DNA of 32,000 bases from Phycisphaera mikurensis NBRC 102666 (GCF_000284115.1 NC_017080.1:3300001-3332000), one strand, 5' to 3'; shown: positions 16,754 to 26,147, counted from the stretch's first letter. Notes: generated by a model not told the origin, from the sequence alone. Numbers and translations: made by a program.

Positions 16754-17620
16754 TCAGGGCAGGTCGGCCAGCCGGGCCACGATCTCCACCCGCCGGTCCT
16801 CCAGGAACGGGGGCAGCATGAGGTCGCGGCCGAGGGCGTCGGCGGGCTCGTCCACGGCGAAGCCCGGGCCTGTCGTGGCGACCTCGATCCGCGTGCCGCC
16901 GGGCTCGCGGAAGTAGACCGAGTGGAAGTACCGGCGGTCCTTCACCGGCGTGGGCTCCAGCCCGAGTGCTTCCACCCGGTCGCGGACGTCGCCGAGCGCG
17001 GCGTCGTCGGCAACGCGGAGGGCGACGTGATCCACCCCGCCACAGGCGAGTCGGCGCTGGCCCCGCGTCCGGCCGGAGGCGTCCGCGTGGACGCGGAGCA
17101 CCCCGCCCGCCCCGCAGGCAACGCCCAGCTCCTCCTCGAAGAAACGGCGGGTGGCGTCGGGGTCCTCCACCGACAGGCGGGCGTGGTCGAGGCGGCCGTC
17201 GAGGGCGCCGGCCGCCCCGCCGGCGTGCGGGCGCTCCACCAGGCCCAGCGGGATGCCCGCGGGGTCCTCGAAGGCGAGGACCGGGCCGTCGGGGCGGGGC
17301 GAGGCGCCGGCGTCGCCCAGCCGCTTCTCCCAGGCGTCCAGCGAACCCGGCGGCACCGCGAAGACGATCCGGTCGACCCCGCCCGGGCCCGCGTGGTGCG
17401 GCCCCGCGTCGGCGTCGGTGAAGCAGGTCATCACGCTGCCGGGCGTGGCGGCCGGGTCGGCGAAGTAGAGGTGGTGATCCTCGGGCCGATCGAAGTTCAC
17501 CGTCTTCTTGATGCGGGCGAGGCCGAGCGTCCGCGTGTAGAAGCGGTCGCAGGGCGCGGCCTCCGCGGCCACGGCGGTGGCGTGGTGGAGGCCGAGGATG
17601 GCGGACGCGGCGTCGGGCAT
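16754..17620 (-). CDS. VOC-family ring-cleaving dioxygenase, paralogue of 13421..14353
   Basis: ATG at 17620 inside tracked ORF 16754..18838. ILGLHHATAVAAEAAPCDRFYTRTLGLARIKKTVNFDRPEDHHLYFAD...PVKDRRYFHSVYFREPGGTRIEVATTGPGF is collinear with the other dioxygenase. Confidence 0.85.
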   Translation of the reverse strand: MPDAASAILGLHHATAVAAEAAPCDRFYTRTLGLARIKKTVNFDRPEDHHLYFADPAATPGSVMTCFTDADAGPHHAGPGGVDRIVFAVPPGSLDAWEKRLGDAGASPRPDGPVLAFEDPAGIPLGLVERPHAGGAAGALDGRLDHARLSVEDPDATRRFFEEELGVACGAGGVLRVHADASGRTRGQRRLACGGVDHVALRVADDAALGDVRDRVEALGLEPTPVKDRRYFHSVYFREPGGTRIEVATTGPGFAVDEPADALGRDLMLPPFLEDRRVEIVARLADLP

Positions 17621-17700
17621 GCGGGACGCTACGGAGAGCGGTCCCGCCGGACCCGCCGACGCCGCGGGCGGCGCGGGCAACGAGCGGCGATTAGCGGCGA

Positions 17701-18288
17701 CTAGCGGCGCTTCACGCCGAAGGCCGCGGCCTTGAGCAGCAGCGCCACGCTCTTCGCGTCGCGGATCTCGTTGCGTTCGACCTTGTCCATCGTCTCCTGC
17801 CAGCTTGTCGGGAAGACCTCGATCTTCTCGGTCTCGTCGAGCGACTGCTCGGTCGCGGCGAGCCCGACCGCGACGAAGGCGTGCAGGTACTCGGTGGTGA
17901 AGCCCGGCGAAGAGAAGAAGCCGCCGAGCGGGACCAGCGTCTCGGCGGCGTAGCCGGTCTCTTCCTCCAGCTCGCGCCGCGCGCACGCCAGCGGGTCTTC
18001 CCCGGCTTCGAGCGTGCCGGCCGGGAGCTCCCAGAGCGTGTCGTTCACGCTGTGTCGCTCGTTGCGGATGAGCACCACGTCGGTGAGGGTCGGGTCGGTG
18101 GCGAGCGCGGCCAGCGGGTCGTTGCCGGGGTTGGTGACCAGCAGCGGGAGGACGACGACGGCGTCGGCGACCTCCGCGATCTCGCGCCGCTGCACGCCGC
18201 CGCCGCGGCGGGGCAGCTCGGCGATGCGCAGGTTCACGCGGGATCCGTCGTGGATCAGCTCGGTGTCGTCGTGGAGGCCCAGGGCCAT
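17701..18288 (-). CDS. NUDIX hydrolase (ADP-ribose pyrophosphatase-like)
   Basis: NUDIX box GTLEAGEDPLACARRELEEETGY in a 195-aa ORF. Confidence 0.85.
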   Translation of the reverse strand: MALGLHDDTELIHDGSRVNLRIAELPRRGGGVQRREIAEVADAVVVLPLLVTNPGNDPLAALATDPTLTDVVLIRNERHSVNDTLWELPAGTLEAGEDPLACARRELEEETGYAAETLVPLGGFFSSPGFTTEYLHAFVAVGLAATEQSLDETEKIEVFPTSWQETMDKVERNEIRDAKSVALLLKAAAFGVKRR

Positions 18289-18425
18289 GGCGTGCTCGGG
18301 GTAGTCGGCGGGCGTTGCCCCGGGCGGACGCCGGGTCGTCGGTGAAAGCTAGGGACCGGCGGCGAGATTGGCGGTAGAACGGCGTCCCGCGATCCCCTCG
18401 TCCGCTTTTCTCTAGATTGTCAACA

Positions 18426-19112
18426 ATGGCCACGCCCACCGCACCCCCCGACCCGCACCAGGACGTGCTCGACCTGCTCGCCCGGCACCGCCTGGTGCCC
18501 GTCGTCGTGCTGCACGACGCCGCCCACGCGGTGCCGCTCGCCGACGCGCTCGAGGACGGCGGCCTGCCGGTGGCCGAGGTCACCTTCCGCAGCGACGCGG
18601 CGGAGGCCTGCATCAAGGCCATGGCCGACCGCGGCGGCATCCACGTGGGCGCCGGCACGCTGGCGACCGCCGAGCACGTCGACCGGGCCGTGGACGCGGG
18701 CGCCTCCTTCGCCGTCACGCCGGGCTTCAACGACGCCGTGGTGGAGCGTTGCCTGGAGCGCGGCCTGCCGATCTTCCCGGGCATCTGCACCCCCGGCGAC
18801 ATCGAGCGTGCCCGCGCCGCCGGCCTGTCCACCGTCAAGTTCTTCCCCGCCGAAACCTACGGCGGCGTGCCCACGCTCGAGGCGCTGCAGGGCCCTTACC
18901 CGGCGATCCGCTTCATCCCCACCGGCGGCATCACCGCGGACAACGTCGGCTCGTACCTGCGGCTGCCCAGCGTGGTCGCCTGCGGCGGCAGCTGGATGGT
19001 GAAGCCGGCGCTGTTCGCGGGGGGCGACTTCTCGGCGGTGAAGGAGGCCGCGCGGGACGCGGTCTCTGCGGCCTCCGCGGACGGGCGGGGAGCAGAGAAG
19101 GACAGAGCGTGA
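18426..19112 (+). CDS. eda: 2-dehydro-3-deoxyphosphogluconate (KDPG) / 4-hydroxy-2-oxoglutarate aldolase
   Basis: LVPVVVLHDAAHAVPLADALEDGGLPVAEVTFRS...GAGTLATAEHVDRAVDAGASFAVTPG...STVKFFPAE..GG...L.....P.IRFIPTGGI includes the Schiff-base Lys context (VKFFPA). ATG at 18426; an alternative TTG is at 18417. Confidence 0.88.
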   Translation: MATPTAPPDPHQDVLDLLARHRLVPVVVLHDAAHAVPLADALEDGGLPVAEVTFRSDAAEACIKAMADRGGIHVGAGTLATAEHVDRAVDAGASFAVTPGFNDAVVERCLERGLPIFPGICTPGDIERARAAGLSTVKFFPAETYGGVPTLEALQGPYPAIRFIPTGGITADNVGSYLRLPSVVACGGSWMVKPALFAGGDFSAVKEAARDAVSAASADGRGAEKDRA

Positions 19113-19262
19113 CGACTCCAGGCGCGAGCAGGCCGGGGGGGAGGGAGCGGCCCGGTGGCCGCCGCCGGCGGTGGGTGCTGACGAGACCCTGGCCTCCCTC
19201 CCCCTCTCCCGCGTGCCTCCCGTTCGCGTGCTTCCCGATCCTTTGACCTCATCCGGTTCCCC

Positions 19263-20363
19263 ATGCCCCAACTCTCCCTCCGCTCCGCCGACTCCTGCGA
19301 ATTCGACGCCGTCTCCCTCGGCGAGGTCATGCTCCGGCTCGACCCCGGCGAAGGGCGGATCCACACCGCCCGGTCGTTCCGCGCCAGCGAGGGCGGGGGC
19401 GAGTACAACGTCGCGCGCGGGCTGCGGCGCTGCTTCGGGCTGCGGGCCAGCGTCGTCACGGCCTTCGTCGACAACCCCGTGGGCCGGCTGCTCGAGGACC
19501 TCATCCTGCAGGGCGGCCTCGACACCTCGAACCTCCGCTGGGTAGAGGACGACGGCATCGGCCGCGACAACCGCAACGGCCTCAACTTCACCGAACGCGG
19601 CTTCGGCATCCGCGGCGCCGTGGGTTGCAGCGACCGGGCCCACACCGCCGTTTCGAATCTGAAGGCCGGCGACGTCGATTGGGACCGCCTCTTCGGCGAA
19701 CGCGGCGTCCGCTGGTTCCACACCGGCGGCATCTTCGCCGCGCTCTCCGACACGACGCCCGCGGTCGTGGAGGAGGCGCTGACCGCGGCGAAGAAACACG
19801 GCACCGCCACCAGCTACGACCTCAACTACCGCCCCTCGCTGTGGCGGGCGATCGGCGGGCAGGAGCGGGCCCAGGAGGTGAATCGCCGGCTCGCGCCGCT
19901 GGTCGACGTGATGATCGGCAACGAGGAGGACTTCACCGCCTGCCTCGGCTTCGAGGTGGAAGGGGCCGACGAGAACCTCGAGGAGCTGCCCGAGGAGGGC
20001 TTCAGGAAGATGATCCGCAAGGCCGTGGAGACCTTCCCCAACTTCCACGCCTGCGCCACCACGCTCCGCGGCGTGAAGACGGCGACCGTGAACGACTGGG
20101 GCGCGATGTGCTGGTGCGACGGGGCCTTCCACACCGCCACGCACCGGCCGGGGTTGGAGATCATGGACCGCGTGGGCGGCGGCGACTCCTTCGCCTCGGG
20201 CTTCATCTACGGGCTGATGACCACCGGCGACGCCGCCCGCGCCGTCGAGTACGGGGCCGCGCACGGCGCCCTGGCGATGACCACGCCCGGCGACACCACG
20301 ATGGCGCACCTCAAGGACGTCGAGAAGCTCGTCGCCGGCGGCGGCGCCCGCGTGGACCGCTGA
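19263..20363 (+). CDS. kdgK: PfkB-family sugar kinase, 2-dehydro-3-deoxygluconokinase-like
   Basis: 366 aa with N-terminal SLGEVMLRLDP...GGGEYNVARGL and C-terminal DRVGGGDSFASGFIYGL (PfkB signature 2). Adjacent to eda. Confidence 0.82.
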   Translation: MPQLSLRSADSCEFDAVSLGEVMLRLDPGEGRIHTARSFRASEGGGEYNVARGLRRCFGLRASVVTAFVDNPVGRLLEDLILQGGLDTSNLRWVEDDGIGRDNRNGLNFTERGFGIRGAVGCSDRAHTAVSNLKAGDVDWDRLFGERGVRWFHTGGIFAALSDTTPAVVEEALTAAKKHGTATSYDLNYRPSLWRAIGGQERAQEVNRRLAPLVDVMIGNEEDFTACLGFEVEGADENLEELPEEGFRKMIRKAVETFPNFHACATTLRGVKTATVNDWGAMCWCDGAFHTATHRPGLEIMDRVGGGDSFASGFIYGLMTTGDAARAVEYGAAHGALAMTTPGDTTMAHLKDVEKLVAGGGARVDR

Positions 20364-20412
20364 CGGCCGGGCTCAGCGCGCAGGCCGCACCGCCCGCCCC
20401 CCGCCCGCGGGC

Positions 20413-21357
20413 TCAGGGCGTCAGCGGCGGCCGCTTCTCGAGGCCGATCCGCGCCAGGGCCTCCTCCCCACCCCGGCCGTTCAGGCTCCAGTACGGCATG
20501 CGGTCGACGCCGATGAGCACGGCCTCGAAGCCGTCGCTGCGCGTCCACTTGACGACGCGGTGCGGCGGGGCTTCCTCCACCCAGAAGGCGTGCTCCACGG
20601 CCGGCGCTTCCGACCGCTCGACCTTCACCGTCGCCTCCCGCACGGCGATCCGCCCGATCGCGGTGTCCATCTGCGTCGTCTCCGCGGCCCGCTCCAGCAC
20701 GGCCGCATCGATCCTCGGCGGGACGTGCGTGAGCTGGACGACCGCCGCCGAGCGGTACAGCGAGACGGCGGCCTCCTCGCCGGCGTCCACCGCGGGGGCG
20801 GCGAGCCCGCGGGCCCACAAGAAGAGCGCGTCCTCGGCGTAGAGGGGCTCGTCGAGCCGGAAGAAGCCGGCCTTCTCCGCCTTGCCCTCGAAGTAGCTGA
20901 AGGAGCGGTGCTCCAGCTTGTCGGGGAAGAAGACGTCCTGCTGGAAGGCGTGCCCGCACCATTCCTGGGCGGTGAAGGTGAGCTTCACCGGCGCCCCCGC
21001 GGGCAGCCCCTCGACCGGCTCGGCCGCGACGAAGGCGGACGTCATCAGGTTGTAGTCGTACACGCCGGTCGGGAAGTCCTCCATCAGGTTGAGCTTCACG
21101 ACGCCGAAGGTGTCGGCACCGCCGGCCTTGACGCGGGGCTCCCAGGAGAAGGGCTCCGTGACCGTGATCGCGACGGCCGTGCCGGTGCGCTCCTCGCCGT
21201 AGCGGGGGAAGGTGAGGGCGTAGCCGGCGAGCTCGGCCTTCCCGTCGTGCCAGGTGGCGGCGAAGGCGCCGCCGAAGAGCGGGACCTCGGGCGCGGCCGA
21301 CGCCGGCAGGGCGAGCGGGGCGGCGAGCAGGACGGCGGCGAGGGCGGAGCGGATCAT
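20413..21357 (-). CDS. Hypothetical secreted protein
   Basis: ATG at 21357 at the 3' end of the 1313-aa tracked ORF. Signal peptide MIRSALAAVLLAAPLALPASAAP and ordinary globular composition thereafter. Family not recognised. Confidence 0.6.
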   Translation of the reverse strand: MIRSALAAVLLAAPLALPASAAPEVPLFGGAFAATWHDGKAELAGYALTFPRYGEERTGTAVAITVTEPFSWEPRVKAGGADTFGVVKLNLMEDFPTGVYDYNLMTSAFVAAEPVEGLPAGAPVKLTFTAQEWCGHAFQQDVFFPDKLEHRSFSYFEGKAEKAGFFRLDEPLYAEDALFLWARGLAAPAVDAGEEAAVSLYRSAAVVQLTHVPPRIDAAVLERAAETTQMDTAIGRIAVREATVKVERSEAPAVEHAFWVEEAPPHRVVKWTRSDGFEAVLIGVDRMPYWSLNGRGGEEALARIGLEKRPPLTP

Positions 21358-21371
21358 GGGGGATTGATACG

Positions 21372-21417
21372 CCGCGGACCGTCGCCGATCGGGCGGGCCG
21401 GGGCCGACGGTCCGCGG
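21372..21417. repeat. 46-nt palindromic element, copy C
   Basis: ccgcggaccg at 21372-21381 and cggtccgcgg at 21408-21417. The stem extends to 13-14 bp (..tcg/cga..). It lies 15 nt upstream of the 21357 start, in the divergent region before topA. Confidence 0.85.
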
Positions 21418-21579
21418 CGTCGCCGCCGCCCCGGTGCGGCGCTCCCCGAACCTCCCGCCGGGCGGCGCCTCTATAAGGATGCGGCGGGCAGGGGTGGCGA
21501 ACCGATCCCCTCCCGCCGCCCCCCCACGGGCCGCAGGACGCGGCGGCGGCGGCGACACCCCTTCCCGGAGAGACACGAC

Positions 21580-24399
21580 ATGGCCAAAGCCACCCCCAGA
21601 AAGAGCTTCGCCGGCAAACCCGGGTCCTCCGGCAGGAAGTCCTCCTCCCGGAAGAAGTACGCCTTCAACGTGAAGGACGCCCAGGGCCGGCACCTGGTCA
21701 TCGTCGAGAGCCCCACCAAGGCCAAGACGATCAACAAGTACCTCGGCCGCGACTACCACGTCATGGCCTCGGTCGGCCACGTCCGCGACCTGCCCAAGTC
21801 GGCGCCCAAGGGCTCCTCCAAGGAGGACCAGGTGCTGCCCGGCGTCGACCTGGCCCGCAACTTCGAGCCGACCTACGAGATCCTCCCCGACAAGAAGGAC
21901 ACGGTCAGCAACCTCCGCAAAGCCGCGAAGGTCGCCACCGACGTCTACTTCGCGACCGACCTCGACCGCGAGGGCGAAGCCATCGCCTGGCACCTGGCCG
22001 AGGCGCTGAAAGTCCCCACCGACCAGGCCAAGCGGGTGGTCTTCAACGCGATCACCAAGAGCGCTCTGGAGGAGGCCTTCGCCCGGCCCCGCGGCATCGC
22101 CATCCCCCGGGTCGACGCCCAGCAGACCCGCCGCATCCTCGATCGGATCGTCGGCTACCAGGTCTCGCCGCTGCTCTGGCGGAAGGTCGCCGGCGGGCTG
22201 TCCGCCGGCCGCGTGCAGTCGGTGGCGACGCGGCTGGTGGTGGAGCGCGAGCGGGCGATCGAGGCCTTCGTCCCCGAGGAGTTCTGGAAGCTCACCGGCT
22301 TCTTCACGCCGAAGATGGACGAGGCGAAGAAGCTCGGCGACGCGTGGAGAGACTTCCTGAAGAAGTCCGGCGAAGATGTGACCATCAAGAACCAGAACGG
22401 CTTCCTCTCCGAGAACGGCGTGCTCCGCGCCGAGCTGGACACGGTGGGGGGCAGGAAGTGGAAGACCGACGACCGCGAGCAGGCCCTCGCCCTCGCGGAG
22501 TCGCTGGGCTTCGTGCTCGACGACGCGGTGGAGACCGAGCACCCCGACGAGAAGGGCCCGGCGCAGAAACAGGTCCGCTTCCTCGGCGGCATCGGCAACG
22601 CCCCGGACTACAAGATCCAGAGCGTGGAGACCAAGCGGACCAAGCGCCGCCCGGCGCCGCCGTTCATCACCTCGACGCTGCAGCAGCGGGCCAGCAGCTA
22701 CCTGGGCTTCAACCTCAAGCGGACGATGCGCGTCGCCCAGCAGCTCTACGAGGGCATCGATCTCAAGGGCAGCCGCGGGCAGACCGGCCTCATCACGTAC
22801 ATGCGGACCGACTCGACCTTCCTCTCCGGCGAGGCCATCGGCGCCGCCCGCGGCTACATCGAGGACAAGCTCGGCAAGAACTACCGGCCCGAGGACAAGC
22901 CGCGGTTCTACAAGTCCAGCAACCAGGACGCGCAGGAGGCCCACGAGGCGATCCGCCCCACCGACGTGACGATCACGCCGAGCAGCATCCAGAACCAGCT
23001 CTCCGAGGAGCAGTTCCGCCTGTACGACCTCATCTGGCGCCGCTTCGTCGCCTGCCAGATGGTGGACGCGCAGTTCGACTCGACCTCGATCATCATCGCG
23101 TGCGAGAAAGCGGAGGCGACGTTCCGGGCCTCCGGCAGCGTGCTCGTCTTCGACGGCTTCATGCGGATCTCGGGCGTCCCGAAGTCCGACGAGGTGCTGC
23201 TGCCCAAGGGCCTGGAGGAGAACAAGCCGATCGCGCCGATCGACCTCGACCCCAGGCAGCAGTTCACCAGCCCGCCCGCCCGCTACACCGAGGCCTCGCT
23301 GCAGAAAGAGCTGGAGAAGGAAGGCATCGGCCGGCCGTCGACCTACGCCGCGATCATCGGGACGATCCAGGACCGCAAATACGTCGAGACCGTCAACGCC
23401 CGCGACAAGCGGCTGATGGCGACCGACCTGGGGAAGGTCGTCACCGACAAGCTCATCGAGGCGTTCCCGGAGATCCTCGACGTGGGCTACACGCGCGACC
23501 TGGAAGCCCAGCTCGACGACATCGAGAACGACGGCCGCGACTGGCGGAAGACGCTCGGCGACTTCTACAAGCCCTTCAAGGTCCAGCTCGACGACGCCAT
23601 GGCGAACATGACGCACGCCAAGGCCGCCACCGAGGTGAGCGACCACCTCTGCCCGACCTGCGGCTCGCCCTGCGAGTACCGGCTCGGCAAGAACGGCCGC
23701 TTCCTCTCCTGCACCGCCTTCAACGTGCCGCCGGTGGAAGTCAGGCCCGAGAAGGACCCGGTCGCTCCCGACGGCTCGCCCTGGCTGCTGCACAAGGCCA
23801 AGGGCAAGGCCCGGCCGAAGATCACCACCGCCGACGGCGAAACCAAGCTCGGCTGGACCAAGCTCAGCAAGACGGACAAGGAGCGGTTCATGAACCTCTC
23901 CGAGCAGATGCCCGAGCCCTGCAAGTACGCCTGTCCGATCGACCGCAACGGCAACCCGCAGGCGCCCGAGCTCACCGACGTGCTCTGCCCGGTCGACGGC
24001 GAGCCGATGATCCAGCGGACCGGCCGCTTCGGGCCCTTCCTGGCCAGCAGCAACTACCCCGCGGTGCAGTACATCCTCAAGCTGCACCCCAAGACCGGCG
24101 CCGTCGTCACCCCCAAGGTCGAGCCCCTCGTCACCGAGATGGTTTGCCCCAAGTGCGAGGAGCGCCCGCTGAACCTCCGCGACGGCAAGCACGGCCTGTG
24201 GCTGGGCTGCTCGGGCTTCCCCAAGTGCCGCGGCCGCGAGGGCTTCACCAAGCTGCCCGAGGAGGAGCAGGCCGACCTCACCAAGCTCTGGGAGAAGCAC
24301 GTGAAAGAGCACCCGCTGCCGGAGGTCAAAACCGCCGACGGCCGCGTGCTCCACGACGAAGACAACTACGTGCCCCAGCCGCTCGAAGCGGCCGGCTGA
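21580..24399 (+). CDS. topA: DNA topoisomerase I (type IA) with C-terminal zinc-ribbon repeats
   Basis: ATG at 21580. Toprim LVIVESPTKAKTINKYLG, DLDREGEAIAWH, active-site region ITYMRTDS and C-terminal CxxC..C ribbons (CPTCGSPCEYRLGKNGRFLSC; CPKCEERPL...GCSGFPKC). Preceded by a ~35-aa Lys/Ser/Arg-rich N-terminal extension. Confidence 0.95.
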   Translation: MAKATPRKSFAGKPGSSGRKSSSRKKYAFNVKDAQGRHLVIVESPTKAKTINKYLGRDYHVMASVGHVRDLPKSAPKGSSKEDQVLPGVDLARNFEPTYEILPDKKDTVSNLRKAAKVATDVYFATDLDREGEAIAWHLAEALKVPTDQAKRVVFNAITKSALEEAFARPRGIAIPRVDAQQTRRILDRIVGYQVSPLLWRKVAGGLSAGRVQSVATRLVVERERAIEAFVPEEFWKLTGFFTPKMDEAKKLGDAWRDFLKKSGEDVTIKNQNGFLSENGVLRAELDTVGGRKWKTDDREQALALAESLGFVLDDAVETEHPDEKGPAQKQVRFLGGIGNAPDYKIQSVETKRTKRRPAPPFITSTLQQRASSYLGFNLKRTMRVAQQLYEGIDLKGSRGQTGLITYMRTDSTFLSGEAIGAARGYIEDKLGKNYRPEDKPRFYKSSNQDAQEAHEAIRPTDVTITPSSIQNQLSEEQFRLYDLIWRRFVACQMVDAQFDSTSIIIACEKAEATFRASGSVLVFDGFMRISGVPKSDEVLLPKGLEENKPIAPIDLDPRQQFTSPPARYTEASLQKELEKEGIGRPSTYAAIIGTIQDRKYVETVNARDKRLMATDLGKVVTDKLIEAFPEILDVGYTRDLEAQLDDIENDGRDWRKTLGDFYKPFKVQLDDAMANMTHAKAATEVSDHLCPTCGSPCEYRLGKNGRFLSCTAFNVPPVEVRPEKDPVAPDGSPWLLHKAKGKARPKITTADGETKLGWTKLSKTDKERFMNLSEQMPEPCKYACPIDRNGNPQAPELTDVLCPVDGEPMIQRTGRFGPFLASSNYPAVQYILKLHPKTGAVVTPKVEPLVTEMVCPKCEERPLNLRDGKHGLWLGCSGFPKCRGREGFTKLPEEEQADLTKLWEKHVKEHPLPEVKTADGRVLHDEDNYVPQPLEAAG

Positions 24400-24408
24400 G
24401 CGTCCCCC

Positions 24409-24454
24409 CCGCGGACCGAGGCCCTCAGGCGGCTCGGAGCCCCGCGGTCCGCGG
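24409..24454. repeat. 46-nt palindromic element, copy D (topA-hsdM intergenic)
   Basis: ccgcggaccg at 24409-24418 and cggtccgcgg at 24445-24454, perfect arms and a 26-nt interior. Begins 10 nt after the topA stop. Confidence 0.85.
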
Positions 24455-24485
24455 CGCGGGCCCCGCGCTTCGGTAGCGTCCGCCG

Positions 24486-26147
24486 ATGCCCGCGACCGAA
24501 CACGCTTTCCTCCGCGAGCTCGACGCCAAGCTCTGGGCCGCCGCCGACAAGCTGCGGAACAACCTCGACGCCGCCCAGTACAAGCACGCCGTCCTGGGGC
24601 TGATCTTCCTGAAGTACGTCTCCGACGCCTTCGACGCCCGCCGCGAGCGGGTGCTCGCCGACCTGCGCGACCCGGACAGCGAGTCCTTCTACCCCGACGC
24701 CACCGAAGAGGACCTGCACGCCGAGCTGGAGGACAGAGACCACTACACCGCCGCGAACACCTTCTGGGTCCCCCCGCTGGCCCGCTGGCAGAACCTCCAG
24801 AGCTGGGCCAAGCTGCCGCCGCAGACGACCGTGGAGGTGAAGAATGGCAAGACGGAGAAGTACACGATCAAGAGCACCGCGCTGCTCATCGACGACGCCC
24901 TCGCCGCCGTCGAGCACGAGAACGAGCCGCTCAAGAACGTCCTCGCCCGCGACACCTACGCCCGCCTGCAGTTGGATCCCGCCAATCTGCGCGGCCTGAT
25001 CGACCTGGTCGCCGGCATCCCCTTCACCCACGACCGCCTGCAGGCCCGGGACATCCTCGGCCACGTGTACGAGTACTTCCTGGGCCAGTTCGCCTTGGCG
25101 GAGGGCAAGAAGGGCGGCCAGTACTTCACGCCGAAGAGCATCGTCGGCCTCATCGTCGAGATGCTGCAGCCGTACTGGGGCCGCGTCTACGACCCGGCGA
25201 TGGGCAGCGGCGGCTTCTTCGTCGAGATCGAGAAGCACGTGGAGCGGGCCTACGACGAACGCACCCACGGCGCTTCCGGGGGGATCAGCGTCTACGGGCA
25301 GGAGAGCAACCCCACCACCTGGCGGCTGGCCGCGATGAACATGGCCATCCGCGGCATCGACTTCAACTTCGGCAAGACGTGGGCGAACAGCTTCACGCAG
25401 GACCAGCACCCCGACCTGCGGGCCGACTTCGTGATGGCCAACCCGCCGTTCAACGTGAGCGACTGGTGGGACGCCAAGCTCGCCGACGACCCGCGCTGGA
25501 CGCACGGCACGCCGCCCAAGGGCAACGCGAACTTCGCCTGGGTGCAGCACATGCTCCACCACCTGGCCCCCACCGGCAGCATGGCCCTGCTGCTGGCCAA
25601 CGGCAGCATGTCCGGCACGTCCGGCGGCGAGGGCGACATCCGCCGCGCCCTCGTCGAGGCCGACCTGGTCGAGTGCATGGTCGCCCTGCCCGGCCAGCTG
25701 TTTACCAACACGCAGATCCCCGCGTGCATCTGGTTCCTCACGAAGGACAAGGCGGCGCGGAACGGCAAACGCGACCGCCGCGGCGAGGTGCTCTTTCTCG
25801 ACGCCCGCGGCGTCGGCTACATGAAGGACCGCGTGCTGCGCGACTTCACCCGTGAAGACATCCAGAAGCTCGCCGGCACCTTCCACGCCTGGCAAGGCTT
25901 GGGCGACGACGAGTACGCCGACATCCCCGGCTTCTGCAAGTCAGCGACGCTAGCCGAGATCGCCGCCCAGGGCTTCGTGCTGACTCCCGGCCGCTACGTC
26001 GGTGTCGCCGCGGCGGAGGACGACGGCGAGCCCTTCGCCGAGAAGATGGCCCGCCTGACGGCCGAGCTGAGCGGGCAGTTCGAGGAGTCCGCTGCGCTGG
26101 AGGCGAAGATCCGGCGGAACCTGGAGGGGGTGGGATATGAGGTCTGA
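24486..26147 (+). CDS. hsdM: Type I restriction-modification system, DNA methyltransferase subunit M
   Basis: HsdM N-terminal domain (LWAAADKLRNNLDAAQYKHAVLGLIFLKYVSD), AdoMet motif (VYDPAMGSGGFF) and catalytic NPPF (FVMANPPFNVSDW). Confidence 0.95.
   Translation: MPATEHAFLRELDAKLWAAADKLRNNLDAAQYKHAVLGLIFLKYVSDAFDARRERVLADLRDPDSESFYPDATEEDLHAELEDRDHYTAANTFWVPPLARWQNLQSWAKLPPQTTVEVKNGKTEKYTIKSTALLIDDALAAVEHENEPLKNVLARDTYARLQLDPANLRGLIDLVAGIPFTHDRLQARDILGHVYEYFLGQFALAEGKKGGQYFTPKSIVGLIVEMLQPYWGRVYDPAMGSGGFFVEIEKHVERAYDERTHGASGGISVYGQESNPTTWRLAAMNMAIRGIDFNFGKTWANSFTQDQHPDLRADFVMANPPFNVSDWWDAKLADDPRWTHGTPPKGNANFAWVQHMLHHLAPTGSMALLLANGSMSGTSGGEGDIRRALVEADLVECMVALPGQLFTNTQIPACIWFLTKDKAARNGKRDRRGEVLFLDARGVGYMKDRVLRDFTREDIQKLAGTFHAWQGLGDDEYADIPGFCKSATLAEIAAQGFVLTPGRYVGVAAAEDDGEPFAEKMARLTAELSGQFEESAALEAKIRRNLEGVGYEV

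Noticed and set aside
16754-18838. 694-aa minus ORF fusing the second dioxygenase with sequence overlapping the NUDIX and eda regions
   Set aside because: Only the last 288 codons (from ATG 17620) match the VOC dioxygenase family. The upstream part overlaps the NUDIX gene in another frame and is Arg/Pro/Gly-rich.
19759-19788. Perfect 8-bp palindrome ccgcggtc-N14-gaccgcgg inside kdgK
   Set aside because: The core (GGTC, not GGAC) and the spacing both differ from the family. Short GC palindromes are expected by chance in coding sequence of this composition.
20413-24354. 1313-aa minus-strand ORF spanning the whole topA region
   Set aside because: From about 21580 onward it is antisense to a full-length, unmistakable topA. 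Its translation there is low-complexity (runs of G/A/R/L/E/V/D), typical of open antisense frames in high-GC DNA. Only the 3' portion, 20413..21357, which has its own ATG and signal peptide, looks like a real gene.
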